A stretch of 64,000 bases of DNA from Acidimicrobiales bacterium (GCA_965262315.1 CBDHFJ010000134.1:11534-75533), one strand, 5' to 3'; shown: positions 1 through 10,271, counted from the stretch's first letter. Program-made: numbers and translations. The notes: generated from the sequence alone by a model not told the origin.

Positions 1-104
1 AAGCCGACGAAATCTGGTCGTCCTCGGCGGTATTTTCGAGCTAGATTTTCCCGTGCTTTCGTCACCACTTGCTGTGAACCACGGGAATCAATGGAGACAG
101 TTTC

Positions 105-1520
105 GTGTCAGCCCCCATTTTGAACCATCTCGATGCGACCCAAACCCGTTCGATCGAGGGAGAAGTTCGTCTATCCGAAGTGATCGCAGCGCTTTCCTAT
201 GCCCTGGACATCACCGAGGGACAGCCGCAGGGGCACGCGGTTCGAAGCTGCATCATCGGTCTTCGAATCGCCGACGCGGTGCAATTGAGCGAAGAACGAA
301 AGGCGGCGTTGTTTTATGCATTGCTGCTGAAGGATTTGGGATGTTCCAGCAATGCCGCCATGACTTGCTCGTTATTCCAATCGGATGATCGTATCGTCAA
401 GCGAGACTTCAAACTTGTCGACTGGACGAATCTGATGGCGACGGCCTCGTTTTCTTTGCGACACGTGATGCCGGGCACCTCCATCGTCAAGCGACTGTTA
501 AAGGTCTTTGACATGGCGCGTCGTTCGGAGGACACATCGAGGTCATTGATCAAAGTGCGATGCGAACGTGGTGCCGATATCGCGCGCATGATCGGTTTTC
601 CGGAAGCCACCTCCAAAGCGATCCTGGACCTCGACGAGCACTGGGATGGCACCGGGCATCCCCTCGGACTGAAGGGGAACGAGATTTCTCTCGAAGGCCA
701 AATCTGCTCACTCGCGCAAACGATGGAAGTGTTCATCGCGACCGATGGCATTGATGCCGCTCGCACGGTTGCCAAAGAACGAACCAACAAGTGGTTTAAT
801 CCTGAATTGGTCAAAGCGTTTCTGGGCGCCGCGAAGTACTCGTCATTCAAACAAACGATTGCCGACCCGGAGCCACGACGGGTGCTTCAAGAGCTCGAGC
901 CCGTCGATCATGTCCGCCAAGCCGACGGCGAAACGATCGATCGCGTCGCGTTGGCATTTTCTCAGGTCATCGATGCCAAGTCGCCTTGGACGCTGAAACA
1001 CTCCGAAGGCGTCGGCGATATCGCCGTTGGCATCGCGGCGACAATGGGCATGTCACCCGACAAGCAGCGTGAATTGCATCGGGCCGGACTCCTTCACGAT
1101 ATCGGCAAACTGGGCGTGTCGAACATGATTCTGGACAAGCCGGCGAAACTGACCGACGCGGAGTACGACCAGATGAAGTTGCACGCACAACACACGCAAG
1201 AGATTTTGGAACGCGTATCGTGTTTTCACGGCTTTGCCGACTATGCCAGCGCACACCACGAACGACTCGACGGCACGGGATACCACCGCGGGCTACGAGG
1301 CGAAGCAATTCCGGTCGAAGCCCGAATTTTGGCCGTCGCCGATGTCTGCGAAGCCATGACGGCGGATCGCCCTTACCGATCAGGGATGTCGGCGGAACAA
1401 GTCATTGAAATCGTCGGCGCCGAGAGTGGCACCGCGTTCTGTCCCGAAGTGGTTGGCGCGCTGCGGAAGTATCAGGACGAAACCGGACGGTTGGGAAGTT
1501 TGAAGTCGCGAAACGCTTGA
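105..1520 (+). CDS. HD-GYP family metal-dependent phosphohydrolase with two tandem HD-type modules (probable c-di-GMP phosphodiesterase/receptor)
   Basis: 471-aa ORF, GTG start. C-terminal module has LLHDIGK ... HHERLDGTGYHRGL (HD plus GYP-like, P replaced by H). N-terminal module is degenerate: LLKDLGC ... DEHWDGTGHPLGL. Confidence 0.8.
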   Translation: MSAPILNHLDATQTRSIEGEVRLSEVIAALSYALDITEGQPQGHAVRSCIIGLRIADAVQLSEERKAALFYALLLKDLGCSSNAAMTCSLFQSDDRIVKRDFKLVDWTNLMATASFSLRHVMPGTSIVKRLLKVFDMARRSEDTSRSLIKVRCERGADIARMIGFPEATSKAILDLDEHWDGTGHPLGLKGNEISLEGQICSLAQTMEVFIATDGIDAARTVAKERTNKWFNPELVKAFLGAAKYSSFKQTIADPEPRRVLQELEPVDHVRQADGETIDRVALAFSQVIDAKSPWTLKHSEGVGDIAVGIAATMGMSPDKQRELHRAGLLHDIGKLGVSNMILDKPAKLTDAEYDQMKLHAQHTQEILERVSCFHGFADYASAHHERLDGTGYHRGLRGEAIPVEARILAVADVCEAMTADRPYRSGMSAEQVIEIVGAESGTAFCPEVVGALRKYQDETGRLGSLKSRNA

Positions 1521-1598
1521 CCGACTTCCCGTGTCGCCCGGGCGTGATGCACCATTTGACAACGTCGTGCAGGACTTGCGACACGCATTACAAGCTCG

Positions 1599-1931
1599 CT
1601 ACTCGGCATTCTCCGCCGATGCGTCCGGTTGCTCCCTCTCGCGGACCAGCACGTCGTCACCGTCGATCTTGACTTCAAAAGAATCGACCTTCACGCGCGG
1701 GTTGTCGACCCACGTTCCGTCCTTGATACAAAATCGCCAAGCGTGCCAGGGACAAGTGACGGTGTGATCTTCCAAGTGCCCTTCGGCTAACGACGCCCCC
1801 ATATGGGGGCAAAGGTCGTCGATCGCGTGCCATTGACCTTCTTTCAGGAATACGGCGACCATGCGGCCGTCCACGGGGACCGCTTTGCCGACGCCTTCCT
1901 CAAAATCACTCACTTTTGCCGACCGTCTCAA
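1599..1931 (-). CDS. Rieske [2Fe-2S] domain protein (NirD-like small ferredoxin subunit)
   Basis: 110 aa. CPHMGASL ... CPWHAWRF gives the CxH...CxxH Rieske ligand pattern. Convergent with the HD-GYP gene and divergent from the radical SAM gene. Confidence 0.8.
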   Translation of the reverse strand: MRRSAKVSDFEEGVGKAVPVDGRMVAVFLKEGQWHAIDDLCPHMGASLAEGHLEDHTVTCPWHAWRFCIKDGTWVDNPRVKVDSFEVKIDGDDVLVREREQPDASAENAE

Positions 1932-2027
1932 AGTCGCTCATCGATCCGATATTCCCTTGCAAGGAGCGTGTGTTACCGTACACACTCTACCTTGCACCGC
2001 AAAATTTCGAAGTAGGCATCATCCGAC

Positions 2028-3896
2028 ATGATCAACTCGCAGCGACGCAGAAAACTCGAATCGCTCGTTTGGCCCCACGTCCAAACGCCGGCCCAATACG
2101 TCGGCGGCGAACGCAATATTGTCGTTAAAGATCACCCGTCCGTCCGAGGCAAGCTGTGTCTGGGGTTTCCGGATGCCTACACGATCGGAATGAGCCATCA
2201 CGGGCTGCAAGTCTTGTACTCTCTGATGAACCGGCGAGACGACTGGTGTGCCGAGCGTGTCTTCACGCCTTGGCCGGACATGGAAGCCAAACTGCGCGAG
2301 CATGACATCCCGCTGTACAGTCTGGAAACGTTCACCAAACTTTCCGACTTCGACGTCGTCGGGCTGAGTTTGCAGTACGAAATCAGTTCGCCCAATGTGC
2401 TGACGATGATCGACCTGGGTGGTATCCCGCTGCAATCGGTCGATCGCACCATGAACGATCCGCTGATGGTTGCCGGCGGTCCCTGTTGCCAGAATCCCGA
2501 ACCGATGGCCGACTACTTCGACGTGATGATGATCGGAGACGGCGAACCGGCGCTGCCGGCGGTTTGTGACTGTTGGATCGAAATGAAGGAACGTTACCGC
2601 CGCGCCGACGGAACGTTCGCCGGCGGCGACGAAGGACAGAAGCAACGTGAATCCGCGTTGGCGGCGTTGGCACAAAAGATGGACTGCGCCTACGTGCCCC
2701 GCTTCTACATGCCCGAATATGCCGACGGGCGTATTGCATCGATCAATCGCACACGCTCGGATGTTCCCGAAACGATCGCACCAAGCGTCATTAGTGATCT
2801 GGACGGCACGCCGCTGCCGACCAAACCGATCGTTCCCTATATCGACTGCGTGCACGATCGAATCGCCGTCGAGATCATGCGCGGCTGTCCGCACCTGTGC
2901 CGCTTTTGTCAAAGCACCGTCATCAAACGTCCGCTGCGAATCCGCGAAGTCGAAACGATCGTCGACGCCGCATGGGAGAGTTACCAAAACACCGGCTACA
3001 ACGAAATCAGCATCCTGTCGCTTTCTAGTAGCGACTATCCGCACTTCGAGCCCTTGGTCCATCGGCTTCACGAAGTCTTCCGACCTCTGGAGGTCAACAT
3101 CAGCGTGCCAAGCCTGCGAGTGAACGATCAACTTCGGACCCTGCCGATCCTGCTGGGCAGCGACCGTCGCCGCAGCATGACTCTGGCACCGGAAGTCGCC
3201 CGCGACGATATGCGAGAACAGATTCGCAAGAAAATCAAGAACAGTGATCTGATCGAAGGCTGCCGCGTGGCGTTTCAAAACGGATTCGAAAGTATCAAGC
3301 TGTACTTCATGTGTGGCTTGCCGGGCGAGCGCGTCGTCGACTTGGATGGCATCGTCGACTTGGCCGAAACGATCGCGACGGTCGGCAAAGAAGTGAATGG
3401 TCGATACGCCAAAGTCACCGCCAGCGTTTCGAATTTCGTCCCCAAAGCTCATACACCGTATCAGTGGAACGGAATGCAGCGCCGCGAATACTTTCAATGG
3501 GCACACCGTCACATGCGCGACCGACGCAAGATTCGCAGCGTCAGTGTCAAGTGTCACGACATCGAAACCAGCCTGTTGGAAGGAGTCCTCAGCCGTGGCG
3601 ACCGACGCACCGGAAAGGCAATCCGCTTGGCGTGGGAGCGCGGTGCTCGCATGGACGGCTGGACCGAGTACCTGGATTCGCAGCGCTGGTGGCAATCCAT
3701 CGCCGATGCCGGTATCGATGTCGAAAAACAAGTCCATGAGAAGTACGAACTGATGGACAAGCTGCCCTGGGATCACGTGAACGTCAAATTCGGCCGGGCC
3801 TACTTGGAAAAGAGCAGGGCAGGGCGACGGTGCAGTTGGCCGATTTGGCTGCGGCGAAATAGTCTGGATAGCGTCGTAACACATCGATCGCTCTGA
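2028..3896 (+). CDS. B12-binding-domain radical SAM protein of uncharacterised function (TIGR03960-like)
   Basis: 622 aa. EIMRGCPHLCRFCQ is the CxxxCxxC radical-SAM cluster motif. The N-terminal part is typical of cobalamin-binding-type rSAM enzymes. The last ~25 codons look out of frame; the alternative frame ends at TAG 3860-3862 (see findings). Confidence 0.8.
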   Translation: MINSQRRRKLESLVWPHVQTPAQYVGGERNIVVKDHPSVRGKLCLGFPDAYTIGMSHHGLQVLYSLMNRRDDWCAERVFTPWPDMEAKLREHDIPLYSLETFTKLSDFDVVGLSLQYEISSPNVLTMIDLGGIPLQSVDRTMNDPLMVAGGPCCQNPEPMADYFDVMMIGDGEPALPAVCDCWIEMKERYRRADGTFAGGDEGQKQRESALAALAQKMDCAYVPRFYMPEYADGRIASINRTRSDVPETIAPSVISDLDGTPLPTKPIVPYIDCVHDRIAVEIMRGCPHLCRFCQSTVIKRPLRIREVETIVDAAWESYQNTGYNEISILSLSSSDYPHFEPLVHRLHEVFRPLEVNISVPSLRVNDQLRTLPILLGSDRRRSMTLAPEVARDDMREQIRKKIKNSDLIEGCRVAFQNGFESIKLYFMCGLPGERVVDLDGIVDLAETIATVGKEVNGRYAKVTASVSNFVPKAHTPYQWNGMQRREYFQWAHRHMRDRRKIRSVSVKCHDIETSLLEGVLSRGDRRTGKAIRLAWERGARMDGWTEYLDSQRWWQSIADAGIDVEKQVHEKYELMDKLPWDHVNVKFGRAYLEKSRAGRRCSWPIWLRRNSLDSVVTHRSL

Positions 3897-3947
3897 CGCT
3901 TGGGAGTTCGAACCTACCCGAACTTCCCCCATCACCGGAGCCGATCG

Positions 3948-4112
3948 ATGAAACGCGTCACCCTTACGCTTGCAGTGCTTGTTGTTCTCGGAATGTGTGG
4001 TGTCGGCGTCCTTGCTGGCGGCCGGTTACCAGAAGAATCAACAAATTCAAACACCGGTCTTCAAGGCCATCTCCAGCGCAAGACGCTGACGCAATTTCTT
4101 GCTCTTGTGTGA
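3948..4112 (+). CDS. small hypothetical exported/membrane protein
   Basis: ORF 3900..4112 trimmed to ATG 3948. MKRVTLTLAVLVVLGMCGVGVLAGG is a signal/TM-like N-terminus. Only 54 aa. Its TGA stop is in frame with the next ORF. Confidence 0.25.
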   Translation: MKRVTLTLAVLVVLGMCGVGVLAGGRLPEESTNSNTGLQGHLQRKTLTQFLALV

Positions 4113-4145
4113 TCTCGGGCATCCAGGACCAAATCGATCCGGCCG

Positions 4146-4505
4146 ATGCTGACCACGTGGATGCGCGCACTGAACGAGCTCACTGGGGGAATGCCGATTC
4201 GAACCTTCGGGTTCCTTTCGCGTGAACCTTCGAAAAGAAGCCCGGCGAAACGATCGTCAAGAGCAGCGGCGGCATGCGATCTACGAAAAGGGGACGGCGA
4301 CATCCGACTCTGGTTTTCGTCGAATGGCAAAATCGTTAGCTTCTCGATCGACAGCGATCGACTGGCAAAAGATTGGTTCAAAGGTCCCGCCGAAACGACT
4401 TTCTATCGGGAACGCAGTGAAATGGTGCTTCGTCTGCTGCTCGAGCGTCGATTGGACGACTTGAAGCCGATGATGCACCCCGCACTATTGGAGGCCGCCG
4501 AGTGA
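4146..4505 (+). CDS. hypothetical protein
   Basis: 119-aa ORF with no motif I recognise. Same frame as ORF 3900..4112, separated from it only by TGA 4110-4112. Confidence 0.3.
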   Translation: MLTTWMRALNELTGGMPIRTFGFLSREPSKRSPAKRSSRAAAACDLRKGDGDIRLWFSSNGKIVSFSIDSDRLAKDWFKGPAETTFYRERSEMVLRLLLERRLDDLKPMMHPALLEAAE

Positions 4506-4799
4506 CGAGACGCTGAACCACATCGGTGATCTAGGCGACCAGTGGACGGGCGAATGTCGAGTCCGTCGTCGCAACCGGGTACAGAGTTTCAACGCAAGGA
4601 TGACACGCAGCAACTGATCGTCGCGTCTGAAAATTAAACGGCGACAAAGGCATCATGGATGCCACGGTGACCTTCACGTTCGATGGACTGAAAGGTCACT
4701 TGACGGCGTTCGAACTATATCAGCCGGCAAAGTGAGGCGAACTTGTTGGCGTCGGGGGTCAAGACTCGTCGCGGCAGGCTAAAGCCTGGACTCCAACAT

Positions 4800-6131
4800 T
4801 CACGCAAGAATGTCGTGCAGGACATTGCCGTGAACATCGGTCAATCGGAAATCGCGGCCGCCGCTGCGGTAGGTCAATTTCTCGTGATCGATTCCAACTT
4901 GGTGCAACACCGTTGCCCATAAATCATAGAACGTGCAAGGTTTCTCGATCGCGTGATATCCGTACTCGTCGGTCGCGCCATACGTGGTCCCACCTTTGAC
5001 GCCCCCGCCGGCCAACCAGAAGCTGAATCCATACGGATTGTGATCTCGTCCGTTGGAACCCTGCGAAAACGGTGTGCGACCAAACTCGCCGGTGAAGATG
5101 ATCAACGTTTCATCAAGGAGCCCGCGAGCGTCCAAGTCCTTGATCAAAGCGGCGATCGGTTGATCGACTTGCGTCCCCATCGCGCGATGTCCTTTTTCCA
5201 ACTCGCCGTGCTGATCCCACGGATTCGCCGCGCCTCCGGCACCGATCTTGTACGTGATGCAAGAGAGTTCGACGAACCGAACACCTTGCTCGACCAGTCG
5301 TCGCGCTAGCAGAGCCTGTCGCGCATAGGCGGCCTTGTTTTCATCGGGATCATCGACCCCGTACATCCGACGAGTCGCTTCCGTTTCGTCGGCAATGTCG
5401 CATATCTCAGGCACCGAGGATTGCATGCGAAAGGCGGTTTCATAGTTCTTGATCGATGCTTCGACGTGATCGTCCCCCGTTTGACTGGCGAAGGCTTGAT
5501 CCATCGAAGCGACAAAATCCAGTCGGGGACGCTGCCATTTGGCGGACTGCGACGGAATCACGTTGGCCACCGCTTCGGATTCGTCGGCTTTGAAGATCGA
5601 CGCTTGGTGTTGGGCCGGCAAAAAACCGCTGCTGAACAGCCCCACGCCGCCGTGAGGAGCGATCGCCCCGCCGCTCTGCAAAACAACGTAAGTCGGCAGG
5701 TTCTCGTTGGCCGAACCGAGGCCATAGCTCATCCAGGCGCCCGCGCTAGGGTGACCGAGGAAAGGAAAGCCCGTGTGGGCGACAAAGTTTCCTTGCGCAT
5801 GTTCGTTCACCGCGGTCGTTGCGGAACGGACGACCGCGAGGTGATCGGCGCGTTCGGCGATCTCGGGAAACAGGTCGCTGATCTCAATCCCACTTTCGCC
5901 GCGTGGCTTGAAATGAAATGGGCTACCGAATAGGTCACCGTTCTTGTTGAACTGGGTTCGCTCAACCTTCATCGGCATCGGTTGCCCGTGCTCTTTGCGG
6001 AGTCGCGGCTTGGGGTCGAACGAGTCGACATGTGACACGCCGCCCGACATGTAGCACAAGATAACATTCTTGGCCTTTCCGCCGGGAATTTTCCACGAAG
6101 CCGACGATTGATTTGCAAGCAGATTCGCCAA
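4800..6131 (-). CDS. DUF1501 domain protein (sulfatase/alkaline-phosphatase-like), N-terminus damaged
   Basis: 443 aa with family blocks [21 protein letters not shown] and GEFGRTP. The Tat signal [22 protein letters not shown] is encoded in frame upstream (6132-6197) but has no start codon. Sits directly downstream of the PSCyt/PSD gene, the usual planctomycete pairing. Confidence 0.85.
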   Translation of the reverse strand: MANLLANQSSASWKIPGGKAKNVILCYMSGGVSHVDSFDPKPRLRKEHGQPMPMKVERTQFNKNGDLFGSPFHFKPRGESGIEISDLFPEIAERADHLAVVRSATTAVNEHAQGNFVAHTGFPFLGHPSAGAWMSYGLGSANENLPTYVVLQSGGAIAPHGGVGLFSSGFLPAQHQASIFKADESEAVANVIPSQSAKWQRPRLDFVASMDQAFASQTGDDHVEASIKNYETAFRMQSSVPEICDIADETEATRRMYGVDDPDENKAAYARQALLARRLVEQGVRFVELSCITYKIGAGGAANPWDQHGELEKGHRAMGTQVDQPIAALIKDLDARGLLDETLIIFTGEFGRTPFSQGSNGRDHNPYGFSFWLAGGGVKGGTTYGATDEYGYHAIEKPCTFYDLWATVLHQVGIDHEKLTYRSGGRDFRLTDVHGNVLHDILA

Positions 6132-6197
6132 CGCAACCAGCCCGAATCCGCTGGACGATCGACCGAGCCACCGTCGACGCGAGAACGTACCGATCGA

Positions 6198-9100
6198 CTA
6201 TCGAACATAGATAAACTCTTTCATGTTGAAGATCGAATGTGCGAAATCGACCCAATGCCGATTCGGATCTGCATCTTGACGAGCATCCTTCAATCGAGTC
6301 CGCAACGACGTCAACTGGGCACGGGTTTGAACCAACTTTTCTCGCTGTTTCTCACTGAGCAAGGATTCCAGTCGCTCTCCGAACAGAAGCTGGGTATGAC
6401 CACTGGACGCCGCAGCGATTTCTTCCTCGGTCAATGCACGATCGAAGAGTGTGGCTTCCAAGACGCGTCCGCACAGCATTCGGTTACCACCTGCCGCTTT
6501 TCCGTGACGCATTCCGAAGACGATTTCACATTCGCCGGCATCGAACGCCTGCAAATTTGTGCGGTACGGCACGCCGTATCGCCGGCCGTTTCGATAGCAG
6601 GTTACCTTGCCATCCGCGTCGTAGGTGATCGTGATGTGTACCGGTCGGACGTCCGCTTCTTGTTCATCTTCGCCTTGGAACAACTCGGTGCGGCGGTGGT
6701 TGTTGCTGCCGGCAAGCCATTGCCGGGGACGTCGCTCTGCGAAGACGATGGAGTCGAAAACGGACCCTCGCAGGTCTTGCACGGTCATCACGCCGCCACC
6801 GGATTGCTTCACGTCGTCCAACTTGCACGACGGCAACCAGAGTCTTTTGTGCCATCGGAAACTCCAGCGGACCGGTCACAGCCCACGCTTCGCCGTCCAG
6901 CATCAACGCGCCGTCACGCAACCTCGCATTGCCACGAAGTTCGACCGCACCACCCTGGATTCCGTCGACGGTCAAATCATCGAAACGCCAGTGAGCGATC
7001 GGGTTCAAACGGGCACCGTTCCGTGCGTGAATATCCTTTTTCTCGATCCGTTCGCTTGCGGATGTGATCAAACGATCTTCGATTGCCGCCAGCCGATCGA
7101 TGGTCTCCGCCAGCAGCCTGGAATCGGTTTTGGCCTGCTCGTAGCGTTGGGCCGAGTCGGCGAGAAAGCTACCGGCAGATCGCCGTTCACTTTCGGTCGG
7201 CGGTCGACCCAGCGCTTGCCGCCACATCCATTCGATGCGGGCTTCGTCGTCGCCGAGCGGCCGGGTCCCTGATCGCTCGATCGGCGAATCGTCTCGCAAG
7301 CCCGACCACTTGCGGGTCATTCATCATCATCAGCGCTTGCGCCGGAACGTTCGTCACGTCGCGTCGTCCCTTGGTGGCAAACGGTACCGGTGCGTCGAAG
7401 GTCGTCAGCAGCGGATCAAGCGCATTGCGGATCACTTTCACGTAGACGCTGCGACGGTTCGAACCGCCGGGGACAGGATCACCGAACATCGTGTCGTCCA
7501 ATTGCCCGGACACAGCCAACATGGCGTCCCGAATCGATTCGGCCTCCAAGCGACGAACCGAGTAAAATGAATACAAACGATTCTCGGGGATCGATTCGCT
7601 TTGCCATTTCCGACGGCGTAGAACTCTGCTGCCACGCTTCACTGGTGACGATGCGGCGGATCATCGCCTTGATCGACCATGCATCGGTGGTGCGAAACTC
7701 GTGGGCGAGGAAATCGAGCAACTCCGGATGGGTCGGCGTTTGGCCCAACCGCCCGAAATTGTCATTGGTTCCGACCATTCCACGTCCGAACAGGTGATGC
7801 CAAATCCGATTGACGATCACTCGCGCGGTCAAGGGATTGTCGGTGCGCAATACGTCTTCGGCGAGTCGACGACGACCGCTCAGCGTGCTCGTGTACGGAG
7901 TGGCGTCGATCGCTTCAAGAAATCGTCGCGAAACGATCTCGCCGGGCCGCTTGTGATCACCGCGGTCAAACAACGGGTGGTCAGAACCGCGCCATTCGGC
8001 GAGCGTTGGGGCACGTCGGGGGACCGGGATTTCGGTTTCCAGTTGCCGGTACCGCCGCACCAGGGCGCGGGCGTCGGAAAGGGCTTCCAGGTTGTTCGGC
8101 AAAAGTCCTTCCGCGACACAACGATCAAGCAACAACGCCTGCTCATCGGTGATCGCATGTTCTCGCCAAGCATCGATCGCCTCGTTGACGACCGACATCA
8201 GCATGAGATTGAATTCATCGCGTGAAGCCGGGGAGACGGATCGAGCTCGATCAAAAATCGGTCGCAGCCATTCGGACTCGTCTTTCGGAAAGGGCGACGT
8301 CCCCTTGGGCAGCATGACGGCTTCACGAATTCCAAACCATGACCGATCTTGATGCTTCACTTCGACGGCCGAATCATTTGCCGTCGCAAGTTCGACGTGA
8401 ATACGGTCTCCCTTCCAGTATGCGAGATCGTACTTCTGCCAACGCCAACCCGGGTCTTTTAATTCGGTCAGCGGATAAACAGTACCTCTTCGAGGATAGT
8501 CTTGCACGACATACCGAGAAATCGCGCTGCCGTCACCGTTGATGTGAAGCCAGAGTTCGTACTCGTCATCAAGGTGTCGTGGCTGCGAAGCGATGACGCC
8601 GCTGTGTTTATCACTGATCAGGTGCGAATAGATACCGGCCGGATAAACCCCGCGGACAACCTGGTCACCCGACGGATGGATCGCAAACGAACCGGCCGAG
8701 GAAACTTCGTCAATGGTTCCCGTGCCGTAGGGAAACCAATCCCGGTGATATGCGGGCTCCGATAACGGCCATCGATGAACCGCTTTCCCGGCAACGTCGA
8801 CACGAGTCGACCGATCTGCACGAGTCGCTTGAGCGATTTCTTTTGCAAGTATCGCTCGAAAGTTGTCGGCATCGTTTAGCCGTTGAATGAGGGACGACAG
8901 CAAGTCCGCTTTTTCGTCGTCCGGGCGTCTGATCTCAAACGCATCAATCCATTCGTCCGCGATTGCAGTTCTGATTTCGGCCTTAAGCCTCTCTAACTCG
9001 CCTCGATATAAATTCAAACGTTCCGGCGCGTCAATCGCGGCGCGGCCCGGACGTGTCGAGCCGATGATCCCGAACAGCGCGTAATAATCGGCCTGGCTGA

Positions 9101-10271
9101 TCGCGTCAAACTTGTGGTTGTGACATCTGGCGCACGAAACGGTAAGACCCAGGAACGCCTTGCTAAACACATTGATCGCATCATCGGTGAATCGGACCTT
9201 TTCTTCCATCGCATCGGTCGGCGTGAAACCGTGGAAAACCATACGCCAATGCGCCGTCGCCACTTGGGATTCGTTGATTCCCTGTTCTTCGTTGATGCGA
9301 GGCGACTGGAGCAAATCCCCCGCGATGTGCTCTCGCACCATTTGGTCGTATGGAACATCCGCATTAAGCGATCGGATCAAATGGTCGCGGTAGTAGTGAG
9401 CGCCAACGATTCTGGGGTCGCCTTCGCTGCCGTGCGATTCGGCGTAGCGGATCCAGTCCATCCAGTGTCGCGCCCAACGTTCACCAAAGTGCTGCGAATC
9501 GAGCAATCGATCGACGTACGATTCGTACGCGTCCTCCGACGGATCGTTTGCGAAATTTGAAACCTCTTCGGGCGTGGGTGGCAGCCCGATCAACGCGAAA
9601 GAAAGACGCCTCGCCAAAACGGTCCGGTCCGCGAGTCCGGCGGGCGACAACCCCTCGTCACTCAGCTTGACCTGAATAAAACGATCGATCGGATGTCGCG
9701 ATCCGCGCTGTCCGACGGGAGCTGGAACACTTGGTCGAACGATCGGCTGAAAACTCCACCATCGCTTTCGCTTCTCGCGAATCGCCTCCCATGAAGTCGA
9801 TTCGGCGAGGACTTCCGCCGTCGGCGGCTTGGTGCGAGGATCGGGTGCGCCCATGGACATCCACTCTTCGAAGTCCGCGATCACACGATCGCTAAGCTTC
9901 GGTCCGCCCTCGGGCATTTCGAGGCCGTCGATCTCGTGGCGAATGACCTTCACGAGCAAGCTATCGCGGGGCGTATCGGAAATCACCGAACCGGATTGCC
10001 CACCCCGAAGAAGTGCGTCACGGTGATCGAGCGACAAATCGGATTCGCTGGTCTCCGCCGTGTTGTGGCACTCGTAACAGTGCTCGACGAAAACCGGACG
10101 AATCCGGCGCTCGAAAAAATCGATCTCGTCTGGTGTCGGTTCGGCTGCCGGGCTGGTGAGCGAAAAAACAGCCACAAACAGAACCATCAGGAAGGCGTGT
10201 CGCACGATCAGAGGGATCCTTAAAGTCGCGGGCAGGGTACGCTCCATTGTAAGCAATCGCCGCCGATGCAA
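6198..10271 (-). pseudogene. PSCyt1 / PSCyt2(DUF1549) / PSD1(DUF1553) / LamG-like giant exported planctomycete protein, split into four ORFs by three 1-nt frame breaks
   Basis: ORFs 7479..10271, 7187..7642, 6664..7320 and 6198..6836 read as one ~1350-aa protein. In order it has: a TM/signal, [19 protein letters not shown] (CxxCH), [31 protein letters not shown], ..DP(E)[15 protein letters not shown].., ARIEWMWRQALGRPPT, a LamG-like block KTLVA.VQLDDVKQSGGGVMTVQ..FDSIVFAE, and the terminal FNMKEFIYVR. Frame switches lie at ~7586-7589 (GGGG run), ~7255-7275 and ~6815-6836. The ORF opens with TTG 10271; ATG 10247 is a likelier start. Confidence 0.8.

Noticed and set aside
1-104. Possible 5' end of a minus-strand gene leaving the window (GTG ~63, MTKARENLARKYRRGRPDFVG..)
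   Set aside because: Only ~20 codons are visible and there is no motif. This is insufficient evidence.
3902-3925. tRNA-like T-arm (GGGAG-TTCGAAC-CTACC)
   Set aside because: The stem has a G.A mismatch. No complementary acceptor 5' strand (AAGTTCG) exists ~70 nt upstream, and no D or anticodon arms can be drawn. Not a tRNA.
2019-3935. 638-aa minus-strand ORF in the moderate-GC part
   Set aside because: It is antisense to the radical SAM gene, which carries the CxxxCxxC motif and family-coherent sequence throughout. The antisense translation has no motif and an odd composition.
4654-4734. 26-codon ORF MDATVTFTFDGLKGHLTAFELYQPAK in the 295-nt gap between convergent genes
   Set aside because: No RBS, no recognisable motif, and too short to support. 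It could be a gene remnant, but I cannot show it.
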